Positions 36,593 to 47,269 are shown, numbered from the stretch's first letter. The stretch is DNA of 64,000 bases from an uncultured Christensenella sp. (GCA_949293905.1 CASFFG010000001.1:64461-128460), one strand, 5' to 3'. Notes: generated by a model not told the origin, from the letters alone. Program-made: numbers and translations.

Positions 36593-39154
36593 CTACTTTA
36601 CCATATCAATCAATCGAGAAAGTGTGTCAAATGCAACTAGTGGTGTAAGATTGTTTATATCTATACTTTTTAAGATATCTACGAGTTCACTATCTTTTTG
36701 AACAGTGTTGGAGATTTTTTCGCTTTCAAATTTGGTTATCAATTCTTTTGCCCTATTAACTATTTCACTAGGAAGTCCAGCAAGGCTAGCGACTTCTATA
36801 CCATAACTTCGAGTTGCGCTTCCGCGCATAATTTTACGCAAGAAAACTAACTTCCCGCCGATTTCCTTTATAGATATGCAGAAATTTTTAACTCCTTCGT
36901 ATATTCCTTCTAGCTGCATTAGTTCGTGATAGTGAGTTGCAAACAAAGTTTTTGCATTAAGTTTCTTTGAAAGGTATTCAACTACAGCCCATGCAATGCT
37001 TAATCCATCGAAAGTCGATGTCCCACGCCCCACTTCATCTAGTATAATTAGACTATTGTTTGTAGCAAAGTTAAGAATGTTTGCTACTTCTATCATTTCA
37101 ACCATAAAGGTAGACTGACCAACTGCCAAGTCATCGCTCGCTCCAATACGCGTAAAGATACGGTCAACTATGCAAATATCCGCACTTTTTGCCGGGACAA
37201 AACTTCCAATATGTGCCATATACGTAATGAGTGCTACTTGCCTCATAAAGGTAGATTTCCCAGCCATATTAGGACCAGTTAAAATCATCGTTCGTTGGTC
37301 GCTATTATTTAATAAGCAATCATTAGGAATAAAATCACCCGTATGTTGCATTTTCTCGACGACAGGGTGTCTTCCTGCTTCAATTTTTATAGTACTGTTG
37401 TCTACTATATGCGGACGACAATAGTTGTTTGCGACTGCAACTGTTGCTAACGAATATATACAGTCAATAGTAGCGACCGCAACTGCAACGCGTTGCATTA
37501 CAATAGTGTTATTTACTAGTTGTGCTTTAAGTTGAGAATATATCTCTTCCTCTAATTTTAGCGCTTGTTCATGCGAAGTTAAGACTTCTTCTTCAAATTG
37601 TTTTAATTCTTCAGTGATATATCGCTCATTATTAGAAATGGTCTGTTTCCTAATGTAATTAAAAGGGACTAAATCGCTAAACTGCTTGTTAACTTCAATA
37701 TAATAACCAAAGACTTTGTTATACCCTACTTTTAAATTCTTAATTCCGGTAGTTTCGCGTTCTCGTGCTTGGATTCCCAAAATTACATTTTCCACATTTT
37801 GTTTTAAATTTCTTAACCTGTCTAGATTAGCATTAAATCCAGTACGAATATATCCTCCGTCTTTCATAAGAGCAGGCGGTGCTTCACTTATAGTAGCGGT
37901 AATAAGATTTACGATTTCACTTGTATCAAGCAATTCATTAGATAGGGCAATTAAATTCTTATTATTACTTGCAATAATCTGTCTTTTTAATTCCGGAATT
38001 TGATTTAGTGAATTTGAAAGAGCGATACAGTCTTTTGGCGATATATTTCCGTATGAGATTTTACCTACTATTCGCTCAATATCCTGAATATTTGAAAGAA
38101 TATATTTTAAATTAGTTCGAACAATCGAATTTTGGATTAGTGCTTCTACCATATCAAGTCGGTTATTGATTTCTTTCTTCTCTTGTAGTGGTTGTCTAAC
38201 CCAACTACGCAACATTCTCGCTCCACCGCTTGTGCATGTTTCGTCTAACACCCATAATAGCGAACCAGTTTTTGAACCTTCACGCATAGTCTGCTCAATT
38301 TCTAAATTTCTGCGTGTATTAGTATCAATATACATATATTGATTATCTTTTAATAGTTTTGGTAATTTTAGATGTCTTAATTCTCGCTTTTGAGTTTCTT
38401 TAAAATATTCTAAAAGTGCACCAATAGGATATATTAAATTCCTTGCGTAAAAATCATATCCTTTAAGAGAAGTTAAGTTATATTGTTTTAGTATAGCATT
38501 TTCCACATTTGTTGGATTGAACGCCCATTCATAGTATTCTGTAAACTTATACTTATCATTGGACTGCACTACCGGTAGTTCGTGAGCAATTTCAAGCATA
38601 CTATGATTGCATATAATCTCGCTAGGCATTATACGCATAATTTGGTCATTAATATATCCCCTAATGTTTTCGCCAGTGTAATCTCCAACATTAAATTCCC
38701 CAGTTGACAAATCACTATAGGCATAAGATATAGTGTTCTTGCTTAAATGAATACACATTATATATGTATTTTTACCTTCATTAAGCATACTAGATTCCAT
38801 TACTGTTCCTGGTGTAATTATTCTAACAACTTCACGCTGGACAATCTTATTGACTACATTATTTGTCTGTTCACAAATAGCGACTTTATATCCGCGCTCA
38901 ATCAATTTTTGCGCGTAACCTTCATAAGCATGATAAGGCACTCCACACATCGGCGCGCGCTCGTTTAAGTTGCAATCTTTACCAGTTAAAGTTAAATCAA
39001 GTTCTTTTGAAGCAATTTTTGCGTCTTCAAAGAACATCTCATAAAAGTCACCAAGACGGAAAAAGAGAATACAATCTTTGTATTGTTCTTTAATAGTCAA
39101 ATATTGTTCAATTACAGGTGATGGTTTATTTGGATTGTTTGTTGTCTTTTTCAT
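36593..39154 (-). CDS. mutS: DNA mismatch repair protein MutS
   Basis: FYEMFFEDA mismatch-binding motif. Walker A GPNMAGKST. Confidence 0.95.
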   Translation of the reverse strand: MKKTTNNPNKPSPVIEQYLTIKEQYKDCILFFRLGDFYEMFFEDAKIASKELDLTLTGKDCNLNERAPMCGVPYHAYEGYAQKLIERGYKVAICEQTNNVVNKIVQREVVRIITPGTVMESSMLNEGKNTYIMCIHLSKNTISYAYSDLSTGEFNVGDYTGENIRGYINDQIMRIMPSEIICNHSMLEIAHELPVVQSNDKYKFTEYYEWAFNPTNVENAILKQYNLTSLKGYDFYARNLIYPIGALLEYFKETQKRELRHLKLPKLLKDNQYMYIDTNTRRNLEIEQTMREGSKTGSLLWVLDETCTSGGARMLRSWVRQPLQEKKEINNRLDMVEALIQNSIVRTNLKYILSNIQDIERIVGKISYGNISPKDCIALSNSLNQIPELKRQIIASNNKNLIALSNELLDTSEIVNLITATISEAPPALMKDGGYIRTGFNANLDRLRNLKQNVENVILGIQARERETTGIKNLKVGYNKVFGYYIEVNKQFSDLVPFNYIRKQTISNNERYITEELKQFEEEVLTSHEQALKLEEEIYSQLKAQLVNNTIVMQRVAVAVATIDCIYSLATVAVANNYCRPHIVDNSTIKIEAGRHPVVEKMQHTGDFIPNDCLLNNSDQRTMILTGPNMAGKSTFMRQVALITYMAHIGSFVPAKSADICIVDRIFTRIGASDDLAVGQSTFMVEMIEVANILNFATNNSLIILDEVGRGTSTFDGLSIAWAVVEYLSKKLNAKTLFATHYHELMQLEGIYEGVKNFCISIKEIGGKLVFLRKIMRGSATRSYGIEVASLAGLPSEIVNRAKELITKFESEKISNTVQKDSELVDILKSIDINNLTPLVAFDTLSRLIDMVK

Positions 39155-40485
39155 CTAACTATTACTCCCGAGAGTTTGTGATTGCGGACATCTTCGACCT
39201 TAATATCTGCAAAATAATTTTGATTATTGTATCTATATGTTGGAATATAAATCTCTTTCCCGCCGTCAGTTATTCCAACCGCCACCCCATTAATTTGCTT
39301 AATAAGGCAGTTATATGTTCTATTAAAATATTTTTTTACTTGGTCCTTCTGTATTAATTTCTGTTGTCGAAGGAGTTTATTTACTCGTATACTTTTAGTA
39401 CGCTCATCAATCTGGTCCAAAAACTCAGCAGCAGGTGTCCCTGTGCGTTTAGAATACATAAAAGCGAAAATCTGGTCATATTTTACCCGTTTGATCAGTT
39501 TCATTGTTTGATTGAAATCACGCTCAGTCTCCCCTGGGAAGCCAACTATAATGTCAGTAGATAGAGAAATATTAGGTATAGCATGCTTTACTTTCTTAAT
39601 AATTCTCATATAATGCTTTATATCGTAATGTCTATTCATTCGAGCGAGAACTTTGCTACTACCGGACTGAACTGGTAAATGTAGTGCTTTGGCAACCTTT
39701 GGTTGAGTCTTCATAACATTTATCAAGTCATCGCTAAAATCCATAGGGTGAGAAGTCATAAATTTAATTTTAAAATCTCCTTCTATGGTGCACAACTGAT
39801 TTAAAAGTGTACTAAAGGTCATCTTCTCTTCTAAATCTTTTCCGTACGAGTTAACATTTTGTCCAAGTAGTGTAATAAATTTATATCCTTGATTTTGGAC
39901 TAGGTCTTTAACTTCGTCGTATATTTCTTTAACTGGTCTACTTTTTTCTCGTCCGCGGACATACGGAACTATGCAGTATGTGCAAAACTTATCACAGCCG
40001 TATATAATGTTGACATAAGCATTAGTTTTATCATCACGTACGCTTTTGACATTGTCCATACTTGCAACTGGCGTTTCCATTATATCAATTATGCGTTTAT
40101 GCGTTTCATCAAATTTCAAAAGATATTTATCTAGCATATTTATATTATGAGTACCAATTATAATATCTACGAAAGGAAGTTTTGTCTTTAAATTATATTT
40201 TCCATTCTTTTGTTGAGGCATACAACCACATACGACGATAATCTTGCTTTTATCCGCTTGCTTTACTTTTTTAAGTGCCATGATGTTGTTGTACGCTCTA
40301 TCTTCTGCCCCTTCACGTATACAGCAGGTATTAAAAACTACGACATCGGCATCTTCAATGTCGTTAGACTCAATCATTCCTAAATTATAAAGTAGACCAC
40401 GTATTTTTTCGGACTCATGGACGTTCATTTGACAGCCATAAGTAACGACATGGAATTTCTTTCCCCAAAAATCAACTGAACTCAT
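39151..40485 (-). CDS. miaB: tRNA-i6A37 methylthiotransferase MiaB
   Basis: Radical-SAM CDKFCTYC, N-terminal UPF0004 cysteines and a TRAM end. Confidence 0.9.
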   Translation of the reverse strand: MSSVDFWGKKFHVVTYGCQMNVHESEKIRGLLYNLGMIESNDIEDADVVVFNTCCIREGAEDRAYNNIMALKKVKQADKSKIIVVCGCMPQQKNGKYNLKTKLPFVDIIIGTHNINMLDKYLLKFDETHKRIIDIMETPVASMDNVKSVRDDKTNAYVNIIYGCDKFCTYCIVPYVRGREKSRPVKEIYDEVKDLVQNQGYKFITLLGQNVNSYGKDLEEKMTFSTLLNQLCTIEGDFKIKFMTSHPMDFSDDLINVMKTQPKVAKALHLPVQSGSSKVLARMNRHYDIKHYMRIIKKVKHAIPNISLSTDIIVGFPGETERDFNQTMKLIKRVKYDQIFAFMYSKRTGTPAAEFLDQIDERTKSIRVNKLLRQQKLIQKDQVKKYFNRTYNCLIKQINGVAVGITDGGKEIYIPTYRYNNQNYFADIKVEDVRNHKLSGVIVR

Positions 40486-40492
40486 ACTTTAT

Positions 40493-40521
40493 ATTATAAT
40501 ATATTGTGGTATTTTTTTCAA
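40493..40521 (-). promoter_or_regulatory. Promoter TTGAAA-17-TATAAT ending 7 nt before the miaB ATG (leaderless configuration)
   Basis: Read on the minus strand. No SD. Confidence 0.5.
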
Positions 40522-40578
40522 CTAAAAATTACAAAAATACTCATTATTTATCAATTTGTGCAAATAATAATTACGATT

Positions 40579-42831
40579 ATGAACAAGTCAAAAAAAGGAA
40601 AATTAAAACGCATAATACTTATTTTTAGCATAATGATAATTGCCTTATTTCTTTCTATAAGTTTAGTTGTCTTTTATTTCTATAACAAGTACGAACTTGA
40701 TGTTGACGCGTTGACTAGAGTAAATAATGGTGTTTTGATATACTCATCATCGGGGAACGAATCAACTTTATACAATACAAATAGGTCAATAGTTGAATTA
40801 GATACCCTACCTGATTACGTTAAAAATGCCTTTATAGATGTGGAGGATAAACGATTTTACTCACATAATGGCTACGATTTAATGCGCATAATTAAGGCTA
40901 GTTTAGTCAATTTAACAACTAAATCGAAATCTCAAGGAGCATCTACAATCAGTCAACAGTTAATCAAAAATGCACTTTTATCAAATGAAAAGACATATCA
41001 GCGAAAAATTGAAGAATTAGTTTTATCCATTAAAATGGAAAAGGAATTTAGCAAAGATGATATTTTAGAGATGTATTTAAATACAATCTATTTTGGTGCT
41101 AACGCTTATGGAATAGAAAATGCTAGTAAAGTTTATTTTAATAAATCTGCAAAAGATTTAACTCTAAATGAAGCATGCTGTTTAGCGGGTATTATTAAAT
41201 CTCCTAAAAAGTACTCTCCTATTTTAAACTATGATAATTCTATAAACAGGCGGAATTTTGTTGCTTCAAAAATGTTAGAATATGGAGATATAAGCGCAGA
41301 TGAATATAACACTGTAATTTCAAGTAATTTAGAAGTTGCTAAAAGTAATGATCTAGACCATAGTTATGAAAAAGAAGCAATATTTGAAAGTTGTGATTTA
41401 TTAAATATTAGTGAACGCGAATTAATAAATCGTGAATATCAAATAATCACATTTAAAGACGATGAAATTCAAAATCTAGTTATCGAATCTAACAATTCCG
41501 TTCTTAATGAAACCAGTTCTCTTAGTAGTAATCTTGATAGTCTCACTATGCTAGTGTCAAATGACGGAAAAATGCGTGCCTATTATGCGAATAGCAATTA
41601 TGACTTGCACAATCTACGCCGTCAATCTGCATCAATATTAAAACCATTGGCGGTGTATCTCCCAAGTATAATACACAATATATTGACTCCGGTAACACAA
41701 ATTTTAGATGAAGAGATTGATTATAATGGATATTCTCCCAAAAATCCAGATAACAAATTTCACGGTTATGTAAGTGCAAGAGATGCACTAAAAAACTCAT
41801 TAAACATACCAGCAGTAAAACTTCTAGATAGCGTTGGACTTAATAACGCGCGTGAAACATTGACTAAGTTAGGCATAAATCTAACCGAAAATGACATGAA
41901 TATGTCACTAGCCCTTGGTTCGACGTATCAAGGAATAAACTTGATTAATATACTTTCTGCATATACAATTTTAGCAAATTTAGGTGAGTACCGCCCTATA
42001 AGTTTTGTTGATAAGATACTGGATAAGGACGGTAATATAGTTTATTCACACGAAGATTTTAGTGAAAGAATATTTGAAAAGGAAGATACTTACATTTTAA
42101 CTGATATGTTAAAAGATGTGGCAAAATCTGGTACTGCGAAGAGACTAAATTCACTTAATATACCGATTGCGAGCAAAACTGGTACAGCATCGAATAATGG
42201 AAACAAAACCGATTTATATAATGTAGCCTACACCACTGATTATACCACTCTAACATGGATAGCAAATATAAAAGACAATACTTTACCGAATGGAATGTAT
42301 AGTTCGGTAGAACCTACTGAAATAACAAAACGAATATTTAAAAAAATTTATGAAGACGATAGTCCTACCGACTTCGAACAGCCCGAAAAGGTAGAAAGGT
42401 TGGCATATGATTTAATTGAACTTAATGAAAATCACAGAGTGATCTCCCCTAATCATGATATTCAAAGGTATATAGGCTATGACTATTTTAAAGTTGATTT
42501 TCCACCTGTAAAAATAGACGCAAATGACGATATAAAATTAGAAGTTAAAATAGAGAATTCTTATGCATATATAACCTTTAATGCGGAAAAATACAAGACA
42601 TACGAAATATATAGAACTTTTGATGCTACAACTGAGTTGTTAAATAGAATTACTAATAGCACGGGTAAAATTGAGGTGCAAGATAAAGATATTTTTAGTC
42701 ATAGCACTATAAAATACTATGTAAAAACTGGAGAATGTAAATCAAATGAAGTTCAAATTAAACCAAAAGATTATCTAATTAATAAATTAAATAATGAGTT
42801 TTTATCTGGGAAAAAACGCTTTTCAGTTTAA
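40579..42831 (+). CDS. Class A penicillin-binding protein (glycosyltransferase plus transpeptidase)
   Basis: GT51 motifs EDKRFYSHNG and GASTISQQ. Transpeptidase motifs SILK, SLN and KTGT. Start moved to MNKSKKGK before the TM anchor. Confidence 0.9.
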   Translation: MNKSKKGKLKRIILIFSIMIIALFLSISLVVFYFYNKYELDVDALTRVNNGVLIYSSSGNESTLYNTNRSIVELDTLPDYVKNAFIDVEDKRFYSHNGYDLMRIIKASLVNLTTKSKSQGASTISQQLIKNALLSNEKTYQRKIEELVLSIKMEKEFSKDDILEMYLNTIYFGANAYGIENASKVYFNKSAKDLTLNEACCLAGIIKSPKKYSPILNYDNSINRRNFVASKMLEYGDISADEYNTVISSNLEVAKSNDLDHSYEKEAIFESCDLLNISERELINREYQIITFKDDEIQNLVIESNNSVLNETSSLSSNLDSLTMLVSNDGKMRAYYANSNYDLHNLRRQSASILKPLAVYLPSIIHNILTPVTQILDEEIDYNGYSPKNPDNKFHGYVSARDALKNSLNIPAVKLLDSVGLNNARETLTKLGINLTENDMNMSLALGSTYQGINLINILSAYTILANLGEYRPISFVDKILDKDGNIVYSHEDFSERIFEKEDTYILTDMLKDVAKSGTAKRLNSLNIPIASKTGTASNNGNKTDLYNVAYTTDYTTLTWIANIKDNTLPNGMYSSVEPTEITKRIFKKIYEDDSPTDFEQPEKVERLAYDLIELNENHRVISPNHDIQRYIGYDYFKVDFPPVKIDANDDIKLEVKIENSYAYITFNAEKYKTYEIYRTFDATTELLNRITNSTGKIEVQDKDIFSHSTIKYYVKTGECKSNEVQIKPKDYLINKLNNEFLSGKKRFSV

Positions 42832-44514
42832 TTATTCAACGGTTACGCTTTTTGCTAAATTCCTAGGCATATCTGGGTTGTATCCCCGCGCCAACGCTAT
42901 ATTATAACTAAGTAATTGAAATGGGATTATGCTAAAAATTGGAGTAAAATCTTCATTGGCTTTTAGACTTTTTAAATAACTAGACATATCTATTACGCTA
43001 CCACCACGCGAAGAAATCTCATTAATTGCGTTATTTAATTTAGTTATATCTTTAGATGAATTTAAAGATAAAATATTAGTTGAACTATCTATAAGGGATA
43101 ATGTCCCATGTTTTAATTCGCCCGCATACATAGGAATTGTGTAAATATAATCTATTTCGCGAATTTTAAGACTTGCTTCTAGAAGAGTAATATAATCAAT
43201 ATCCTTGCCGATTAAAATCATATATTTGCAGTCCTTTAATTTTTCAACAATATCGGTTAAATCAATATTATCTATAAATTCTTTTAACATATAACAAAGT
43301 CGTTTTATATCTATTTTAAAATGTTTATCAGTTAACCTTTTCGCAAGCATCATAAAAACTAATATTTGTGAGCAATATGTTTTCGTGCTGGCAACTGCAA
43401 GTTCTTTTCCCGCCTTTGTCGTAATTAGATAGTCAGCAAATTTCGTTATTGTGCTAGTTTCTTCGTTCGTAATAATTAAAATTTTTCCTTTAAAGCGTTT
43501 AATATTATCCGCCACCTTAATACAGTCAGCAGTCTCCCCACTTTGACTAACGATTATATGTAAATGATTATGTGCTATTTTAGTATCGACTACATAATTT
43601 GACGCTAGAACGCTCTCACAATCAAATTTCTTTAATCGCTTAAACAAATATTCCCCCACCAGGCACGAATGATATGCCGTCCCACACCCTATGAATGTGA
43701 GTTTTTTATATTTTTTTAAAATTGATGACATTTTAAGATTTTCTAAATATTTATAAGTATTGTAAATTGATTTAGGAATCTCATTAATTTCTTTTAGCAT
43801 AAAATGCTCATATCCGTTTAGACTTAAATTTTTAATAGAATTTTCGTGCGGTGTAAATTCGATTTTATTTTCAGTAAGGGATATAATTTCCTTTCCCTTT
43901 ATTTTAATAACATCTCCGTCAACTAGTGAATACAGACCCCCTTTAGGTAAACTAGATACATCGCTAGATATGTAAATTTCATCGCCCGAGATGACTATGT
44001 TTAGTGGGCTAAAATGTTTTACAAGATATATGCTACCATCAGTGTATCCTATTATTAATGAAAATGAGCCTTCAAGAACATTAAATAATTTTTTAACGCG
44101 GTCATCTGCATCTCCACTTAAATTAGATAATACATTTGCTATTACTTCGGTATCTGTGTTTGAATAGAATGGGATTTTATTCTTCTCTAATTCATGTTTG
44201 ATTCTATCTGCATTAGATATTATTCCATTATGTACAAGCGTAAAATTTTTATCATGACTAATATGTGGGTGTGTATTTGATATATTAACTTCGCCATTAG
44301 TCGCCCAACGAGTATGACCAAATGCTATCGAGGCATTTGTACTTATTGGCTTCATATTGTCTAGTGTGCCGACCGCTTTATTTAACTTAAATTTCCCATT
44401 TTCGAAATATGCTATACCGCAAGAATCATACCCGCGATATTGGAGCAACTTTAATCCACTAAAAACTTTATCGTACGATTTCTTATTAGATATTGCACCA
44501 TATATTCCGCACAT
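42832..44514 (-). CDS. glmS: Glutamine--fructose-6-phosphate aminotransferase
   Basis: N-terminal MCGI nucleophile, two SIS domains, C-terminal LAKSVTVE. Confidence 0.9.
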   Translation of the reverse strand: MCGIYGAISNKKSYDKVFSGLKLLQYRGYDSCGIAYFENGKFKLNKAVGTLDNMKPISTNASIAFGHTRWATNGEVNISNTHPHISHDKNFTLVHNGIISNADRIKHELEKNKIPFYSNTDTEVIANVLSNLSGDADDRVKKLFNVLEGSFSLIIGYTDGSIYLVKHFSPLNIVISGDEIYISSDVSSLPKGGLYSLVDGDVIKIKGKEIISLTENKIEFTPHENSIKNLSLNGYEHFMLKEINEIPKSIYNTYKYLENLKMSSILKKYKKLTFIGCGTAYHSCLVGEYLFKRLKKFDCESVLASNYVVDTKIAHNHLHIIVSQSGETADCIKVADNIKRFKGKILIITNEETSTITKFADYLITTKAGKELAVASTKTYCSQILVFMMLAKRLTDKHFKIDIKRLCYMLKEFIDNIDLTDIVEKLKDCKYMILIGKDIDYITLLEASLKIREIDYIYTIPMYAGELKHGTLSLIDSSTNILSLNSSKDITKLNNAINEISSRGGSVIDMSSYLKSLKANEDFTPIFSIIPFQLLSYNIALARGYNPDMPRNLAKSVTVE

Positions 44515-44515
44515 A

Positions 44516-45187
44516 CTATCTCCTAATCAGTTTCATTATTTTATTATGATAGCGGTTGCTATCCCTACTCATTAAAACCTTTATGGTCAAATTATTATTG
44601 TCTGGCACAAAATCTATTGTATTTACTAAATTTTCACTATTAAATTCGATTTCAGTATTAGGACAAAACTCTTTAAATAAATTCCCTACTAACTCATAAT
44701 GAGTACAACCAAGAACAAGTTTATTAAGTTTTAATAATTTGTATTTACCTACATGCTGTTTGACTAATTTTCGAATTAATTTGTCGTCATCAATGTGTTG
44801 CTCTATAAGTGTTGCCAGAGTCCTATCTACGATAACATCTAAATCTGGTCTATTTTCCTTAGTCAAGTTAGTTGCAAGATATTTGTCCTTAGAATTAAAT
44901 TGCATGACATATACATTTTTATAATTTCTTATGTCTATACTAGATGATGCGGTATTACAAGCAATGATAATTATATCCGCCATATATTTTTCTTTTAATA
45001 ATCGTATAAGGTAATCAACTCTATTTTTTATATTTCTTTTTGTTCGTGTACCATATGGCATAAATAAATTGTCCGCGTAATAAATATAATTGCCTGTCTT
45101 AAATTTCGATATTAACGAGTTTAAGACACTAATTCCGCCAATTCCGCTATCTAGCACTGCAATAGTTGGTTTTAATTTATCTAACAT
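44516..45187 (-). CDS. murI: Glutamate racemase (short form)
   Basis: DSGIGG, ACNTAS and GCTHY catalytic-cysteine motifs. Confidence 0.8.
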   Translation of the reverse strand: MLDKLKPTIAVLDSGIGGISVLNSLISKFKTGNYIYYADNLFMPYGTRTKRNIKNRVDYLIRLLKEKYMADIIIIACNTASSSIDIRNYKNVYVMQFNSKDKYLATNLTKENRPDLDVIVDRTLATLIEQHIDDDKLIRKLVKQHVGKYKLLKLNKLVLGCTHYELVGNLFKEFCPNTEIEFNSENLVNTIDFVPDNNNLTIKVLMSRDSNRYHNKIMKLIRR

Positions 45188-45269
45188 ATATAAATATTTA
45201 TTGTTTTGCTAAATATTTTGTTAATTTATTAAAAGTTTTAAATATTTTTAAGAAATAGTGTCAAAGGGC

Positions 45270-45298
45270 TTGCAATTTAGGTAAATGTTTGATATAAT
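45270..45298 (+). promoter_or_regulatory. rpsT promoter TTGCAA-17-TATAAT
   Basis: Consensus hexamers. Confidence 0.6.
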
Positions 45299-45319
45299 TA
45301 GACTCAAATGGAGGTTTGT

Positions 45320-45571
45320 ATGGCTAATATTAAATCGGCTAAAAAACGCATCGAAGTTATCGACAGACAAACTGTGGAAAATAAGTCTTATAAGACAAAA
45401 ATCGCAACTTATGTGAAGAAATATAAAAATGCTGTTGATAATAATGCAGAGAATACCGCTGAACTTTTGAGCGAAACATTCTCATTAATCGATTCGGCTG
45501 TTTCTAAGGGTATTTTACAAAAATCTACCGCTAATAGAAAGAAAGCTAGATTAAGCAGTTATAAAAAGTAA
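45320..45571 (+). CDS. rpsT: 30S ribosomal protein S20
   Basis: MANIKSAKKR N-terminus preceded by GGAGG. The 45308 start is an upstream extension. Confidence 0.95.
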   Translation: MANIKSAKKRIEVIDRQTVENKSYKTKIATYVKKYKNAVDNNAENTAELLSETFSLIDSAVSKGILQKSTANRKKARLSSYKK

Positions 45572-45584
45572 TTAAGAATATAAA

Positions 45585-45616
45585 ATACGGGATTAAACTT
45601 ACTCCCGTATTTTTTA
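45585..45616 (+). terminator. rpsT terminator
   Basis: Stem ATACGGGA/TCCCGTAT followed by a T-run. Confidence 0.7.
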
Positions 45617-45787
45617 TTGTACTTTACAAAATATAATAGTATTTTATGATTTTTTGTTTCAGTTTGTATCTAAAATTCAGTTTTAAGAATTTAATGTTCA
45701 AATATTATATTTATAGTTAAATTAAGAATTTTAATTTATCTAATAAAATTTTAATTAAGTATAAGAAAATTATATAAAAAAAACTGA

Positions 45788-46465
45788 CTAGTCTAAGTCA
45801 GTTGTTGTCTGTTTTGATAAATTCTTAATTTGATTGAGAGTCTGCTCTTCTTCTATTTCAACAATCGCATAATCAATTACCATTACATCAGCCCTACGAA
45901 CATGTTCGGCAAATTCTCTTAAGAAAGGAACGCTCTTAGTTTTAATCAATGCCTTTTGAAGCCTTTGAGTATTACTATTTGGGATTAGTGCGAATTTATA
46001 AATTAGATAAGGATTTTTTGATTTTAAAATCAATGATTGAACATCTTCAAGTTTTGATTTATCGATATCCCTAACATACATTAAAAGGTATTCAAGTGCG
46101 TTTAATTCGATTAATCTAGCAAAAATGCGTTCCCTATCTTCACCATTAACAATATTTTTGGCGAAAAGATATAAAGCATACCCACTTTCCCTACTTAAAA
46201 CTTGGTTTAAAAGGCGAGATGTAACGTCACTATCCCTATAAGCATTAGCAAAACAATATATGGATATTGCCCCGCTATTCTCGACTTTTGAAATAAATTT
46301 TTCTTTATTAATTCCTTCTACTTCGTTTAAAATTTGAGCATATTCTTCGACCGAACATAAACTTAATAATCTGTTTTCAATTTTTATAAATTCATGGTTC
46401 CTGCCTGCTCTCGAATAACATTCATTTAATTTGTCGATATTTTCTTTTAAAGTTTTTTCTAACAT
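45788..46465 (-). CDS. Hypothetical helical-repeat protein (225 aa)
   Basis: About five degenerate ~30-aa repeats centred on aromatic-x-F-A (IYCFANA, LYLFAKN, IYKFALI, LREFAEH). Confidence 0.55.
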   Translation of the reverse strand: MLEKTLKENIDKLNECYSRAGRNHEFIKIENRLLSLCSVEEYAQILNEVEGINKEKFISKVENSGAISIYCFANAYRDSDVTSRLLNQVLSRESGYALYLFAKNIVNGEDRERIFARLIELNALEYLLMYVRDIDKSKLEDVQSLILKSKNPYLIYKFALIPNSNTQRLQKALIKTKSVPFLREFAEHVRRADVMVIDYAIVEIEEEQTLNQIKNLSKQTTTDLD

Positions 46466-46485
46466 GTTTTTCTCCTTATATATTT

Positions 46486-47166
46486 TTAATTTTCTTGTTC
46501 GGCTATTGGTTGTTCAATCGGTTGAGGTTCATTAGTTAACTTGCGCTTTCGCTTAATGCCGTCAACCAATAGATAGATACTTGTAATCATAATTATAATT
46601 CCAACTATCACTCCCATCAAGCCATTATAGAAACTCATATCACCTGTTGCATTAAAAGACAGCAAAGCGATTTGAGTAAGCACGATATTATTAAAAGCAG
46701 TCGCGAAATTAGTTAGTTTATATTCTTTTATGAGAACAGATTTCCCGCGTGCCTTTACTACCCCTATGATTGATACTACGATGCTATAAGTAGAGAATGC
46801 GGCAATTGCAATGGCGATTATCATGTTGTAATGGAAGTTAGTCGGCATAAACATCTGGAAAACGGAGTATATGATATAGAATACACTCGATGCTGTTAGC
46901 ACTGCTCCGCCCGTAATGTACCTATTTAAAATAATGTTTTCGTCTTTCAATTTAAGACCGCGTGAACATATATCTTTAACCGCCCCTATGCATAATCCGT
47001 ACAATGCAATAGCAATAAGATACCACGATTTAAACACAACACCAACGCTAATTTTAAAAACGAAATAAAACAAGTTTTTTAAAAATGCCAACTTGCCATA
47101 AGCCACTAATTTATTTTGCTCGGGTATTGCTCTAAACCACTTAAAAACATTCATAGTAAGACTCAC
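46486..47166 (-). CDS. Hypothetical polytopic membrane protein
   Basis: About six hydrophobic segments. The true start may be the internal ATG (MNVFKWF). Confidence 0.55.
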   Translation of the reverse strand: MSLTMNVFKWFRAIPEQNKLVAYGKLAFLKNLFYFVFKISVGVVFKSWYLIAIALYGLCIGAVKDICSRGLKLKDENIILNRYITGGAVLTASSVFYIIYSVFQMFMPTNFHYNMIIAIAIAAFSTYSIVVSIIGVVKARGKSVLIKEYKLTNFATAFNNIVLTQIALLSFNATGDMSFYNGLMGVIVGIIIMITSIYLLVDGIKRKRKLTNEPQPIEQPIAEQEN

Positions 47167-47269
47167 TTTAGTGTACCATAAAGATAAGAAAAATACAAGA
47201 CATATTTTGAAAATTGTGTTGAACTTTTCAATTATCTTATGTGAAAATCATAATTTTCATATCCAAAAC

